From NCBI GenBank assembly GCA_947174985.1, contig CAMWLB010000001.1, positions 1 through 38,065 of the forward strand: 38,065 bases of DNA, read 5' to 3'. Shown piece after piece: positions 1 through 10,452 of the stretch (positions are counted from its first letter, which is position 1; the number at the start of each line of letters is the position of its first letter). The notes beneath the pieces are model-generated. The model did not search any database, had not been told where the DNA came from, and saw only the letters and a list, made by a program, of their open reading frames with translations. The translations under genes and the position numbers were made by a program. The DNA comes from an uncultured Lachnospiraceae bacterium (GTDB lineage Bacteria > Bacillota > Clostridia > Lachnospirales > Lachnospiraceae).

Positions 1-2031
1 ATGGAGGAGAATACCACGACGGAGAATACCGAAGAGGAAAACATTAAAGAGCGCATTACGGTGGAGGAGCTGCTGGCAGAGCTTTCGCCTCTGGGGGAAA
101 TCGCAGAGCTGCCTGATTATTCGGCGGCAGAGCCGTGGGATTCGGATTTGTATGTGGAGCCTGTGACGGGCATTGATAATGACTTTATCAGGGGAGTGGA
201 TATTTCCTCATATCTATCAATCAAGGAAAGCGGCGCAGTATTTCGGGATTTTGAGGGAAATGAAGTGGATGACGCCGGATTTTTTGCCATATTGCGGGAG
301 GCAGGCGTCAACTGGGTGCGCATTCGTGTATGGAACGATCCCTATGATTCGAAGGGCAACAGCTATGGCGGCGGACACAACGATTTGCAGACTGCCATTA
401 TGCTGGGCAGGCTTGCCACGGAAGCGGGCATGAAGGTAATGATAGATTTCCATTACTCGGATTTCTGGGCTGACCCGAACAAGCAGGCAGCGCCGAAGGC
501 GTGGGCACACATGACCTATGACGATAAGAAGGCGGCAATGGGAGTGTTTACGGAAGAAAGCATGCAGGCGCTTTTGGATGCAGGGGTCAATGTGGCGATG
601 GTGCAGGTAGGAAATGAAACCGTGTCAGGACTTGCCGGAGAAACCGACTGGGAGCGAATCTGCGAGCTGATGAACATAGGAAGCGCGGCAATCAGGCGTG
701 TGGCGGCGGACAATGACAAGGAAATTTTAATTGCCATGCATTTTACCAATCCGGATACCAAGAATTTCTTAAGCTATGCGCAGTATCTGGAAGACTATGG
801 CGTAGATTATGATGTGTTTGGCACGTCTTATTATACATTCTGGCATGGGACGCTGGAAAAACTGACCAGTCAGCTTCAGATAATAACGGAAACCTATGGC
901 AAGCCGGTGGTTGTTCTGGAGACCTCTTACGCTTACACCAATGATGATGGTGACGGTTCGGGGAATTCCATCAGTCTGGAGACCGAGAATATTGCCCTGA
1001 ATTATGAAATAAGCGAGCAGGGACAGGTAAATGCATTCCGTGATGTCTGTCAGGCAGTCAGCGACGTGGGAGAAGCGGGCATGGGCGTATTTTACTGGGA
1101 GCCTGCATGGATACCGGTACAGGTATATGATGCTTCCGCTTCGAATGCAGATGCGGTGCTGCGCTCCAATCAGGAGACGTGGGAAAAGTTTGGTTCAGGC
1201 TGGGCTTCTAGCTTTGCCAAGACCTATGACCCCAAGGATGCCGGCGTCTATTACGGCGGTTCTTCGTGGGACAATCAGGCAATGTTTGATTTTACAGGCA
1301 ATCCGCTGGAGTCGGTCAATGTATTTAAGTATATTTTTGCCGGCACAACGGCGCCCCTTACCGTGCAGGGAGTGGAAAACGTTTCTGTGGAAATCGGCAT
1401 TGGTGAAGACGTGATTCTGCCCGAGACGGTTCCTGCCGTATTGATAAGCGGACAGAGAAGGGAAGTATCTGTCACGTGGGATGAGAGCCAGATTGCACAG
1501 GCACAGGAAGCAGGAGCAGGTGTTTATGAAATATCCGGTACTGCGGATGTAGACGGTGAGGAATATGCGGTCGTCTGCTCGGTGGACATCAAGAAGGTAA
1601 ATTATGTAAAGAACCCGGGCTTTGAAGAGAGCGATATGTCCATGTGGGAGATAACGGGAACCGGTGTTGACAGGGAAGATGACAACAATAAGCACACCGG
1701 CACTTACAGTCTGAAATTCTGGGCGGCAGAAAGCTACAGCTACCGTGCGGAACAGGAAATTACAGGGCTTGCCGCAGGAACCTATGAGCTGGGCGCGTTC
1801 CTGCAGGGCGGCGATGCCGGCAGCAGTGCGGTGTTTAAGCTCTATATTACCGTCGATGGAGAAACCTATACGGCGGACAGTGGGGTAAATGGCTGGTTGA
1901 AATGGGATGAGCCCCATATTACGGATATTGTAATAGGCGAGGGCGCTTCTGTTGTTGTCGGCGTGGAGGTAGAATGCGGCGCAGGCGGCTGGGGCGCATG
2001 GGACGATTTCTATCTCTATAAAATGGATTGA
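1..2031 (+). CDS. GH53 arabinogalactan endo-beta-1,4-galactanase with C-terminal Ig-like/CBM modules (true N-terminus may lie upstream of the window)
   Basis: GH53 motifs RGVDISS, VRIRVWNDP, IDFHYSDFWADP, QVGNE (acid/base), VLETSY (nucleophile), FYWEPAW; C-terminal NPGFE...YLDD-like CBM-type region. Confidence 0.9.
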   Translation: MEENTTTENTEEENIKERITVEELLAELSPLGEIAELPDYSAAEPWDSDLYVEPVTGIDNDFIRGVDISSYLSIKESGAVFRDFEGNEVDDAGFFAILREAGVNWVRIRVWNDPYDSKGNSYGGGHNDLQTAIMLGRLATEAGMKVMIDFHYSDFWADPNKQAAPKAWAHMTYDDKKAAMGVFTEESMQALLDAGVNVAMVQVGNETVSGLAGETDWERICELMNIGSAAIRRVAADNDKEILIAMHFTNPDTKNFLSYAQYLEDYGVDYDVFGTSYYTFWHGTLEKLTSQLQIITETYGKPVVVLETSYAYTNDDGDGSGNSISLETENIALNYEISEQGQVNAFRDVCQAVSDVGEAGMGVFYWEPAWIPVQVYDASASNADAVLRSNQETWEKFGSGWASSFAKTYDPKDAGVYYGGSSWDNQAMFDFTGNPLESVNVFKYIFAGTTAPLTVQGVENVSVEIGIGEDVILPETVPAVLISGQRREVSVTWDESQIAQAQEAGAGVYEISGTADVDGEEYAVVCSVDIKKVNYVKNPGFEESDMSMWEITGTGVDREDDNNKHTGTYSLKFWAAESYSYRAEQEITGLAAGTYELGAFLQGGDAGSSAVFKLYITVDGETYTADSGVNGWLKWDEPHITDIVIGEGASVVVGVEVECGAGGWGAWDDFYLYKMD

Positions 2032-2054
2032 AAGTGAAAAATATCGCAAAACCC

Positions 2055-2083
2055 TTGCAAATAGGGGGATTGTGTGGTATCAT
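2055..2083 (+). promoter_or_regulatory. sigmaA promoter of rpsF-ssb-rpsR
   Basis: TTGCAA-17 bp-TATCAT with an extended -10 TG. Confidence 0.7.
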
Positions 2084-2099
2084 AATTTACCGTGATATA

Positions 2100-2146
2100 A
2101 ATTCCTTGCTCCTGTTAAGGCAGGGGCCAGAGACCATAAGGAGGTA
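2100..2146 (+). promoter_or_regulatory. S6:S18 ribosomal protein leader (autogenous control RNA)
   Basis: CCTTGCTC...hairpin...GAGACC...AAGGAGG directly upstream of rpsF, with the 5' CCTT able to pair with the SD; matches the known Firmicutes rpsF leader arrangement. Confidence 0.65.
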
Positions 2147-2151
2147 AAAGC

Positions 2152-2439
2152 ATGAACAAATATGAAATGACAGTTGTTGTGAGTGCGAAGATCGAGGACG
2201 ATGAAAGAGCAGCCGTAATTGACAAGTGCAAGGCGCTTGTGGAGAGATTCGGCGGAACCATTACCAACATTGATGAATGGGGTAAGAAGAGATTGGCTTA
2301 CGAAATTCAGAAGATGAAGGAAGCGTTCTACTATTTCATCCAGTTCGATGCAGACAGCACAGCGCCCGCTGAAATTGAGAGCCGTATGCGCATCATGGAC
2401 AATGTTATCCGATATTTAATTGTGAAAAACGAAGCATAA
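2152..2439 (+). CDS. rpsF: 30S ribosomal protein S6
   Basis: MNKYE...DEWGKKRLAYEIQK; strong RBS; rpsF-ssb-rpsR order. Confidence 0.98.
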   Translation: MNKYEMTVVVSAKIEDDERAAVIDKCKALVERFGGTITNIDEWGKKRLAYEIQKMKEAFYYFIQFDADSTAPAEIESRMRIMDNVIRYLIVKNEA

Positions 2440-2518
2440 CAGGTATGCCGGATACAAAAGATATGGATGGATTTATGGTATTCGGAGTATTTCCGGTATA
2501 CCGGAAAGAGAGATTGAG

Positions 2519-2959
2519 ATGAATAAAGTAATTCTTATGGGACGATTAACCAGAGATCCTGAAGTGAGATATTCTCAGGGAAGCAGCCAGACGGCAGTTG
2601 CGAGATTTTCCGTTGCAGTGGACAGAAGGTTCAAGAGGGACGGAGAGCCGGATGCAGATTTCTTTAACTGCACCGCGTTTGGCAAACAGGCAGAGTTTAT
2701 AGAGAGATACCTGCACAAGGGCACCAAGATAGTCCTCAGTGGGCGTATCCAGAACGATAACTACACCAACAGGGACGGACAGCAGGTTTACAGCGTCCGC
2801 GTCATGGTAGATGAGGTTGAGTTTGCTGAGAGCAAGAACGCTTCCGGAGATAACAGCGGTTACATGGGAGGTAATAATAACAGACCCGAGCCTTCAGGCG
2901 CAGGGGACGGTTTTATGAACATCCCGGACGGCATCGACGAAGAGCTGCCGTTTAACTAA
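2519..2959 (+). CDS. ssb: single-stranded DNA-binding protein
   Basis: MNKVILMGRLTRDPEVRY; acidic C-terminal DEELPFN tail. Confidence 0.98.
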   Translation: MNKVILMGRLTRDPEVRYSQGSSQTAVARFSVAVDRRFKRDGEPDADFFNCTAFGKQAEFIERYLHKGTKIVLSGRIQNDNYTNRDGQQVYSVRVMVDEVEFAESKNASGDNSGYMGGNNNRPEPSGAGDGFMNIPDGIDEELPFN

Positions 2960-2987
2960 TTTTTTGAAAGAATGGAGGCACTGACAT

Positions 2988-3251
2988 ATGGCATTCAATA
3001 AAGCAGACAAAGCTGATGCACCTATGAGAAAAAAGGGCGGCATCCGCAGAAGAAAAAAAGTTTGTGTATTTTGTGGCAAGGACAACGTAATTGATTATAA
3101 AGACGTAAACAAGTTAAAGAGATACGTATCCGAGAGAGGTAAGATTCTTCCCAGAAGAATCACCGGCAACTGTGCAAAGCATCAGAGAGCGCTCACCGCT
3201 GCGATTAAGCGTGCGCGTCACGTAGCACTGATGCCTTACGTTCAGGATTAA
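2988..3251 (+). CDS. rpsR: 30S ribosomal protein S18 (Zn-binding C+ form)
   Basis: CVFC...IDYKD...[19 protein letters not shown]. Confidence 0.98.
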   Translation: MAFNKADKADAPMRKKGGIRRRKKVCVFCGKDNVIDYKDVNKLKRYVSERGKILPRRITGNCAKHQRALTAAIKRARHVALMPYVQD

Positions 3252-3277
3252 GTTTCCGACACAAATGAAGCAGCGAG

Positions 3278-3312
3278 AGGCCAGCGGACAATCAGGTTCG
3301 CTGGCCTTTTTT
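3278..3312 (+). terminator. intrinsic terminator after rpsR
   Basis: AGGCCAGCG...CGCTGGCCT stem followed by a T run. Confidence 0.75.
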
Positions 3313-3329
3313 AAGGAGTGACAGTACAA

Positions 3330-5399
3330 ATGAGAGAAAATACAAAGAAATATAATAGAATATTGCGGAGGGCGGTTCTCTTTTTGTGCTGTTTACTTGC
3401 AGGAAACTTGAGCGGCTGTGGGGAGCAGGATAGCGGTATTCTGACAGAAAAGTATGCGGCAGAAGGTTTTTCGTTGGGGGAACTGTCGTGGGAGCAGGGC
3501 TTTGGGTGGATTTACTGTTCCTACGCGGAAAAAGCGGCAAAAGAGCCGGAAAAAATCATGCAGGCATGTAGCGATGGCGGAACAGAGTGGAAGGCGGAGG
3601 GCTGTTTCGCTGCAGAATGGCGTATGCAGACACAGGCTCAGGTAGAGATTATGCGTTCTTCTATGTCGCAGGAGGCGCTGCTTACCCATATCAATACACT
3701 GTCGGAGAAGTTGTTTTTATGTAATACGAGTGTGAACTGTGTGATTGTAGGGGACGCCGCTATCACACAGCTTATCAGGGTTGATGCGGGAGAGGAGCAC
3801 TGGCTGTATTTGCAGCAGGGAGAGGCGGTCTATGCGCTTTACGGTTTTATGGCTGAGGAGAGTTGGCAGGCGTTTTTGGAGGATTGGCTGCTGGCGGCAG
3901 AGTTGAAATGGGACGGAGAGACTGTGTGCGGAAACCGCAGCGAACTGCCCGCAGGCGGAGGCGGCAAGGAAGAACCGGAACTCTGCAAGTACTTTTTGTA
4001 TGATGAGTTCAGAATTTATCTTGCGGACAGCAGAGTGCTGTCCTGTCAGCATGATGAAGAGGGATTTTCCCTGAAATTGGAGAGAGACAAGGAAGAAGAG
4101 GGAGACGAAAAGGGGACGGAAGTCTGTGAATTTTGGCTGCACACGGGGGTAAGTTTACCGGACTGCGGGACGGAAGCGGATTACCTGTCCTATTTTGAGG
4201 AGAACTATCCGACGATGTCTTATTATTGTGTGGATTTGAAGAGTTGGGAGCCCGGGGAGGAAGCGGATTATGATGATGTCTGGCGTCAGATAGAGGATAG
4301 TGAGGGAAAATATGCCTTTTTCTATCGTGACGGCGTTCCCTGTACCGCCGGTATTTTGGGAGAGGACTTTATCGGCGCTGTGGGTAAACTGAAACGGCAG
4401 AGTGATTATGACATGGATTACGGATACTGGCAGAGGGAGGAAAACGGGGATATCTATTGTAAGGACGCGCTGGGGGGATTTCTGGAATATATAGAGCAGG
4501 AAGTGAATGGAGAGCGGCTGATAATCACGATTCAGGATATCGACGACAGAGAGGACAGGCAGGATGAAGAAATTTTTGACAGGATGGAGGTTTCTATTCG
4601 GAAAGAGGGCGAGGAGGAGCCCCTTCAGGTATTTTATATTTGGAAAAGCGCCAGCCGCTATGCACTGCCGAGCTATTTTGAGGACATCAACGCGGACGGC
4701 TATCAGGATATTATCGTTGTGAATACATTTGGGGCGGCAAACCTAAATGCCACAACCTTTCTGTGGCTCCCTTCTGAGGGGCGCTTTTCAGAGGATACGG
4801 GAGTACTGGACTTTTACAGCGGCTACTATGTGGATGCGGTAAACAGGCGGATTCATGTGCACATCCACGGTTCTGCTTTAACCGGAAGCTGGGCCACCTA
4901 TCAGTGGACGGGGGAGAGCGGTTTAGAATGGATAAAGGTTTTTTTGTATATTGGGGGTTTTAGTGATACGATAGAAGTGCAAGTGAGTCGGTATGAAAAC
5001 GGCAGGGAAGAAGTATGGATGGATTGTGCTTATGATATGGAGGAGTTCGACGAATTATATGAGGACATTTACAACAGCTATGAATGGGACTGCGTGTGGG
5101 AGCAGGAGGTAACAAACGAGGAGACGGGAAAGAAGTTTACGCTCCGCTATCTGGAGATTCGATCTTGGGACGATGCATACGGGGGTTGCTATTATGAGGG
5201 CGGACTTTTTGTTTATGACGAGGATACCCGCCTGATTTATGTGGGTTATTCAGATTTTATCTCAAGTTTATCCGGTATTACCATGGGAAATCTGAAGGAC
5301 AGCTTCCCCACTATGGATTATGATGAGGAAGGACTGATTTTGCATTATGAAGACGGCGGTGAGTGGGGAATTCCCTGGGAGGGGCTGATAAATGAGTGA
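3330..5399 (+). CDS. large acidic putative lipoprotein, function unknown
   Basis: Basic N-terminus, hydrophobic stretch and LSGC lipobox; FEDINADGYQD Ca-binding-like motif; AAGGAG upstream of ATG 3330. Confidence 0.7.
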   Translation: MRENTKKYNRILRRAVLFLCCLLAGNLSGCGEQDSGILTEKYAAEGFSLGELSWEQGFGWIYCSYAEKAAKEPEKIMQACSDGGTEWKAEGCFAAEWRMQTQAQVEIMRSSMSQEALLTHINTLSEKLFLCNTSVNCVIVGDAAITQLIRVDAGEEHWLYLQQGEAVYALYGFMAEESWQAFLEDWLLAAELKWDGETVCGNRSELPAGGGGKEEPELCKYFLYDEFRIYLADSRVLSCQHDEEGFSLKLERDKEEEGDEKGTEVCEFWLHTGVSLPDCGTEADYLSYFEENYPTMSYYCVDLKSWEPGEEADYDDVWRQIEDSEGKYAFFYRDGVPCTAGILGEDFIGAVGKLKRQSDYDMDYGYWQREENGDIYCKDALGGFLEYIEQEVNGERLIITIQDIDDREDRQDEEIFDRMEVSIRKEGEEEPLQVFYIWKSASRYALPSYFEDINADGYQDIIVVNTFGAANLNATTFLWLPSEGRFSEDTGVLDFYSGYYVDAVNRRIHVHIHGSALTGSWATYQWTGESGLEWIKVFLYIGGFSDTIEVQVSRYENGREEVWMDCAYDMEEFDELYEDIYNSYEWDCVWEQEVTNEETGKKFTLRYLEIRSWDDAYGGCYYEGGLFVYDEDTRLIYVGYSDFISSLSGITMGNLKDSFPTMDYDEEGLILHYEDGGEWGIPWEGLINE

Positions 5400-5592
5400 T
5401 TATGCCTATGGTAAAGAGAGAATTCATCGAAGAGAACCCCTTTTTTCCATAGGGAAACGTTTTAAAAAGATAAAAACTCCTGCCATTCGACAAATTATCT
5501 TGTGGAAAGATATAAGAAAAAATGTTATACTATAGCAGGATAGGTTTAAAGCGGACATATCGCGGGGCCTTGCGATATGCAGGAGAGTATAC

Positions 5593-7644
5593 ATGAAGAA
5601 AAGAATCAGACTTAAAGGAAGAATTAAAACATATTTGCAGTTTTGCATATATCTGGGCGTGCTTCTGTTGATTGTGAATGGCGGCATGCTTGTCATTGAT
5701 TACCGCGCGGGGCTGCTGTTGGGGGCTTTTACCATATTCTATTTTGCAGTTACCCTGACCTTGTATTTTTACAATAAGCCGCTGATAATCAATGAGCTCG
5801 TCAGTTTTGCGACGCAGTACGGACAGATTCAGAAAAGGCTTTTACGCGAATTGGAGCTGCCGTATGCATTGCTGGATGATACGGGACGGGTGATTTGGAC
5901 AAACCAGGCATTTGAAAACGTTGTGAAGCAGCCGAAGGGCTTCAATAAGTCCATTATGGCGCTGTTTCCCTCCATTACAAGGGAGAAACTTCCGAACAAT
6001 GAGGAGATAGAGGAAGCGCAGTATGACATTGCCTATGAAGGTAAGGAATACATAGCTAAGTTTAAGCTGATTTCCTTAAAGGAGATGGCGGAAAACAGCG
6101 ACATGATTGAAGCGGAAGGGTATAGCGGATATCTGATAGCGGTCTATCTGTTTGATGAGACGGCGCTTCATATTGCCTTGCAGGAGGTTGACGATCAGAG
6201 CCTTGCAGTCGGTCTGCTGTATCTGGACAATTATGAAGAAGCGCTGGAAAGCGTGGAGGAGGTAAGACGTTCCCTTCTGATAGCCTTGATTGACAGGAAA
6301 ATCAATAAATACATTTCTGCGCTTGACGGTATTGTGAAAAAAATGGAGAAGGACAAGTATCTGATTGTCATGCGAAAAAAGTCCATTGCACAGCTTCAGG
6401 AGTCCCGTTTTGATTTGCTGGAGGATGTCAAGACGGTGAACATTGGCAACGAAATGGCGGTGACCATCAGCATCGGCGTTGGACTGGACGGGCTTACCTA
6501 TGCACAGAATTATGAGTTTGCCCGCAATGCCATCGATTTGGCGTTGGGGCGCGGCGGCGACCAGGCAGTGATTAAGACGCCGGAGAGCATTACCTACTAC
6601 GGCGGCAAGAGCCAGCAAGTAGAAAAGAATACCCGTGTCAAGGCGCGTGTCAAGGCACATGCCCTGAAGGAAATTATTGCGGGCAAGGACAGAGTGATTA
6701 TTATGGGCCACAGGCTCCCCGATGTGGACAGCTTCGGCGCAGCGGTGGGCATTTACCGGATAGCGCAGGCGCTGGACAGGAAGGCGCATATTGTATTAAA
6801 TGATGTATCCAACTCCCTGCAGCCCTTGGTGGACTTGTTTAAAAACAATCCTGAGTATGAGTCGGATATGATAGTGGGCAGCAGTCAGGCAATCGAGATG
6901 GCGGGAAGTAATACCGTGCTGGTGGTGGTGGATGTCAACAGACCGACCATCACGGAATGTCCTGATTTACTGCGGGCGTGCAAATCCATCGTGGTACTGG
7001 ACCATCACAGGCAAGGTGCGGAAACCATTGAAAATGCCACGTTATCCTACGTGGAGCCGTATGCTTCCTCTGCATGTGAAATGGTATCAGAGATATTGCA
7101 GTACACAACCGACAACATTAAAATCCGCACGGAAGAAGCGGACTGCATGTATGCCGGTATCGTAATTGATACAAACAACTTTATGAGTAAGACGGGTGTG
7201 AGAACTTTTGAAGCTGCTGCTTTCCTGCGCAGGAACGGCGCGGATGTCACCCGTGTCAGAAAGATGTTCCGCGAGGACGCCATTGAGTATAAAGCAAGGG
7301 CGGACGCGGTCAGTCAGGCTGAAATCTACCGGCAGACCTTTGCCATTTCTATCTGTACGAGCGAGGATTTGCAGAGTCCGACCGTGGTGGGTGCGCAGGC
7401 TGCAAACGAGCTTTTGAATATCAAGGGAATCAAAGCAAGTTTTGTGCTGACGGAATATCAGGGCAAGATTTATGTCTCGGCACGTTCCATCGACGAAGTC
7501 AATGTACAGATTATCATGGAAAGGCTGGGCGGCGGCGGTCATATGAGCATTGCCGGCTGCCAGATGGAAGGCGTAAGCATGGCGGAGGCAATCGGCAACC
7601 TGAAGGCTACTATAGATATTATGATTGAGGAAGGCGACATATAG
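5593..7644 (+). CDS. gdpP: cyclic-di-AMP phosphodiesterase GdpP (2TM-PAS-degenerate GGDEF-DHH/DHHA1)
   Basis: ALGRGGDQAV, MGH..PDVD, LDHHR, GGGGH motifs; lies upstream of rplI-dnaB. Confidence 0.93.
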   Translation: MKKRIRLKGRIKTYLQFCIYLGVLLLIVNGGMLVIDYRAGLLLGAFTIFYFAVTLTLYFYNKPLIINELVSFATQYGQIQKRLLRELELPYALLDDTGRVIWTNQAFENVVKQPKGFNKSIMALFPSITREKLPNNEEIEEAQYDIAYEGKEYIAKFKLISLKEMAENSDMIEAEGYSGYLIAVYLFDETALHIALQEVDDQSLAVGLLYLDNYEEALESVEEVRRSLLIALIDRKINKYISALDGIVKKMEKDKYLIVMRKKSIAQLQESRFDLLEDVKTVNIGNEMAVTISIGVGLDGLTYAQNYEFARNAIDLALGRGGDQAVIKTPESITYYGGKSQQVEKNTRVKARVKAHALKEIIAGKDRVIIMGHRLPDVDSFGAAVGIYRIAQALDRKAHIVLNDVSNSLQPLVDLFKNNPEYESDMIVGSSQAIEMAGSNTVLVVVDVNRPTITECPDLLRACKSIVVLDHHRQGAETIENATLSYVEPYASSACEMVSEILQYTTDNIKIRTEEADCMYAGIVIDTNNFMSKTGVRTFEAAAFLRRNGADVTRVRKMFREDAIEYKARADAVSQAEIYRQTFAISICTSEDLQSPTVVGAQAANELLNIKGIKASFVLTEYQGKIYVSARSIDEVNVQIIMERLGGGGHMSIAGCQMEGVSMAEAIGNLKATIDIMIEEGDI

Positions 7645-7665
7645 AATACAGCAGGAGGTACAATT

Positions 7666-8112
7666 ATGAAAATTATATTATTACAGGACGATAAAAATCT
7701 GGGAAAGAAAGGTGACATCATCGAAGCCAGCGATGGCTATGCAAGAAACTACATCCTTCCCAAGAAAATCGGAATCGAAGCCAATGCAAAAAACATGAAT
7801 GATTTGAAATTACAGAAGGCGAAGGAAGCTAAGATAGCGGCGGAGCAGCTGCAGACGGCGAAGGATTTGGCAGCAGTTTTGGAGACCAAGACCGTAGAGG
7901 TGAAAATTAAGGCGGGAGAAGGCGGCAGGGTATTCGGCTCTGTTTCTTCCAAAGAAATTGTGGCTGCATGCAAGGAACAGCATGGAATCGAGCTGGACAA
8001 GAAGAAAGTAGTGCTGCCGGAGGCATTGAAGAGTTTTGGCGCATATGAGGTAAATATCAAACTGCATCCGCAGGTGACTGCAAAACTGAAGGTGCATATA
8101 TCGGAGAGCTAG
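7666..8112 (+). CDS. rplI: 50S ribosomal protein L9
   Basis: MKIILLQDDKNLGKKGD...GYARNY; FGSVS. Confidence 0.98.
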   Translation: MKIILLQDDKNLGKKGDIIEASDGYARNYILPKKIGIEANAKNMNDLKLQKAKEAKIAAEQLQTAKDLAAVLETKTVEVKIKAGEGGRVFGSVSSKEIVAACKEQHGIELDKKKVVLPEALKSFGAYEVNIKLHPQVTAKLKVHISES

Positions 8113-8130
8113 GCGGGAAAGGAAATTGTT

Positions 8131-9468
8131 ATGCCCACAATGGAAGAAACCGTTTTAAAGAGAATATTGCCTCATAGCATGGAAGCGGAGCAGTCTGTCA
8201 TCGGTTCCATGATTATGGACAGGGAAGCCATTGTTGTGGCATCGGAGCTTGTGACCGGAGAGGATTTTTACAGCAGGCAGTATGGTATTCTTTTTGAAAC
8301 CATGGTAGAACTGCATAATGAAGGGAAGCCGGTGGATTTGGTCACGCTGCAGGACAGGCTCAAGGAAAAGGATGTGCCTCCTGAGGTCAGCAGCCTTGAA
8401 TTTGTCAGGGATTTAATCACCGCAGTTCCCACCTCGGCAAACATCAAGTATTATGCCGGAATCGTAGCAGAGAAAGCAACCTTAAGGAAGCTTATCCGCT
8501 TAAATGAAGAGATTGCGAATACCTGTTATGCAGGCAAGGAAAGCCTTGAAGTCATTTTGGAGGATACCGAAAAGAAGATTTTTGAGGTGGTGCAGAAGCG
8601 CAATACCGGGGAGTTTGTGCCAATCAGGCAGGTCGTGATGAATGCCATGGACAGAATTGAACGCGCTTCCAAAAATAAGGGCGCGGTGACGGGAATTGCG
8701 ACAGGCTTTGCAGACTTGGACTACAGGACAGCGGGCATGCAGCCGGCGGACCTGGTTCTGATTGCAGCCCGTCCCTCCATGGGAAAGACGGCGTTCGTGC
8801 TCAATATAGCGGAGCACGTAGCGTTTAAGCTCAATAAGACGATAGCCATTTTCAGTCTGGAAATGTCCAAGGAGCAGTTGGTAAACCGATTGTTTTCTCT
8901 GGAATCCAAGGTGGATTCGCAGCATATCAGGACGGGACAGCTTTCCGATCAGGAATGGGAGAAGCTGATTGAGAGCGCAGGTGTGATTGGCAAATCCAAT
9001 CTGATTATTGATGATACCCCGGGTATCAGCATTGCGGAGCTTCGCAGCAAGTGCAGAAAGTACAAGCTGGAGCATGATTTGTCCATGATTATCATCGACT
9101 ATCTGCAGTTGATGTCGGGAAGCGGGCGCACGGACTCCAGACAACAGGAAATATCCGATATTTCCCGCTCCTTAAAAGCAATTGCGAGAGAGCTTTCCGT
9201 GCCGGTGCTGGCATTATCGCAGTTGTCCCGTGCGGTGGAGCAGAGACCTGACCACAGACCGATGCTCTCAGACTTGCGTGAATCGGGAGCCATTGAGCAG
9301 GACGCCGACGTGGTTATGTTTATCTATCGTGATGAGTATTACAATCATGATACAGAACGGCCGGGCATTGCCGAGATTATCATTGCCAAGCAGAGAAACG
9401 GACCTATCGGCACCGTAGAGCTGGCATGGCTGCCCAACTACACCAAATTTGCCAATTTGGAGCGGTAG
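8131..9468 (+). CDS. dnaB: replicative DNA helicase
   Basis: AARPSMGKT, FSLEMS, IIDYLQLM, LSQLSR, DLRESGAIEQDAD, KQRNGP; no intein visible. Confidence 0.98.
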   Translation: MPTMEETVLKRILPHSMEAEQSVIGSMIMDREAIVVASELVTGEDFYSRQYGILFETMVELHNEGKPVDLVTLQDRLKEKDVPPEVSSLEFVRDLITAVPTSANIKYYAGIVAEKATLRKLIRLNEEIANTCYAGKESLEVILEDTEKKIFEVVQKRNTGEFVPIRQVVMNAMDRIERASKNKGAVTGIATGFADLDYRTAGMQPADLVLIAARPSMGKTAFVLNIAEHVAFKLNKTIAIFSLEMSKEQLVNRLFSLESKVDSQHIRTGQLSDQEWEKLIESAGVIGKSNLIIDDTPGISIAELRSKCRKYKLEHDLSMIIIDYLQLMSGSGRTDSRQQEISDISRSLKAIARELSVPVLALSQLSRAVEQRPDHRPMLSDLRESGAIEQDADVVMFIYRDEYYNHDTERPGIAEIIIAKQRNGPIGTVELAWLPNYTKFANLER

Positions 9469-9500
9469 GACAGGCTTTACAATTACATATCAGAATACAA

Positions 9501-9556
9501 AAGAGAACAGATAAGGAACCGGAGCGCTCCGTTATGTTGTTCTCTTTTCTTTTTTT
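9501..9556 (+). terminator. probable terminator after dnaB
   Basis: AAGAGAACA...TGTTCTCTT inverted repeat followed by a T-rich run. Confidence 0.5.
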
Positions 9557-9594
9557 GGAAACTTAAGTTGAGAAACAGAAAGGCAGGATGTAGG

Positions 9595-10419
9595 ATGAGT
9601 AGTGCATTGTTGATTTCAGACGCAGCAAAAAGAGTAAAGGTGGAGGCGCATGTGCTTCGCTATTGGGAAGAGGAACTGGGGCTGCCCATCAAGCGAAACG
9701 AATTGGGACACCGGTATTATACGGAAGAGGATGTGAAAAGATTTCAGGAAATAAAGGATTTGAAGGAAAGGGGACTGCAGTTGAAAGCTATCAGAATGGT
9801 ACTGAAAAACGGAAAGCTGGACATGATTACACCCGCAGCCGCACCGGAGGCGGAAGAAGAAAAACTTCGGAAATCTGCAGAAACAATCAAGGAGTTTCCT
9901 TCTATGAAGCAGACGGAGCTTCTCAAGGAAATAAAAAAGACAGAGGGTGGACAAGGCATAAAAAAAGCAGAGATAAACGAAGGACAGCAGGAGAGAGGAA
10001 AGATACAGGTGGTAAAAGGAGGGCGCACGGAGCAGGAAGATGCGGCAAAAGCACCGGAGATTAAGCGCGTGACAGGTGAGGCCGAGGTGGTGAAGGATAA
10101 TATTCCCTCTGTAGAAAAAAAGCAGGACAAGCCATTGCCGGCAGAGCAGAAGAAGTCCTTGCAGAGAGAATCAAACGAAGAAAAATTCAAGCGATTGCAA
10201 TGGCTGTTGAAACAGCTATTTAAAGAAACCCTGCAGGAAAACAATGAATATCTTTGCCGGGAAATGAAAGAAAGCGTGCTGAAGGAAATGGATTATCAGT
10301 TCCGGATGCAGGAAGAGCGCGAGGAAGAACGCAATACAGAGAAGGTAAAGCGGGAGGAGGAGCACTATAAGAAGATAGATGATTTGTTGCGGAAGAAGAG
10401 GAGGCTGTTGAAAAAATAA
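9595..10419 (+). CDS. MerR-like HTH protein with low-complexity linker and C-terminal coiled coil
   Basis: ISDAAKRVKVEAHVLRYWEEEL...RNELGHRYYT...GLQLKAIR. Confidence 0.8.
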   Translation: MSSALLISDAAKRVKVEAHVLRYWEEELGLPIKRNELGHRYYTEEDVKRFQEIKDLKERGLQLKAIRMVLKNGKLDMITPAAAPEAEEEKLRKSAETIKEFPSMKQTELLKEIKKTEGGQGIKKAEINEGQQERGKIQVVKGGRTEQEDAAKAPEIKRVTGEAEVVKDNIPSVEKKQDKPLPAEQKKSLQRESNEEKFKRLQWLLKQLFKETLQENNEYLCREMKESVLKEMDYQFRMQEEREEERNTEKVKREEEHYKKIDDLLRKKRRLLKK

Positions 10420-10452
10420 GTAGGCAGAAATGATATAAGAGCGGTAAAATGA

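Noticed and set aside
2440-2505. GGTATGCCGGA...TCCGGTATACC inverted repeat between rpsF and ssb as an ncRNA
   Set aside because: A single imperfect hairpin within an operon spacer with no other support
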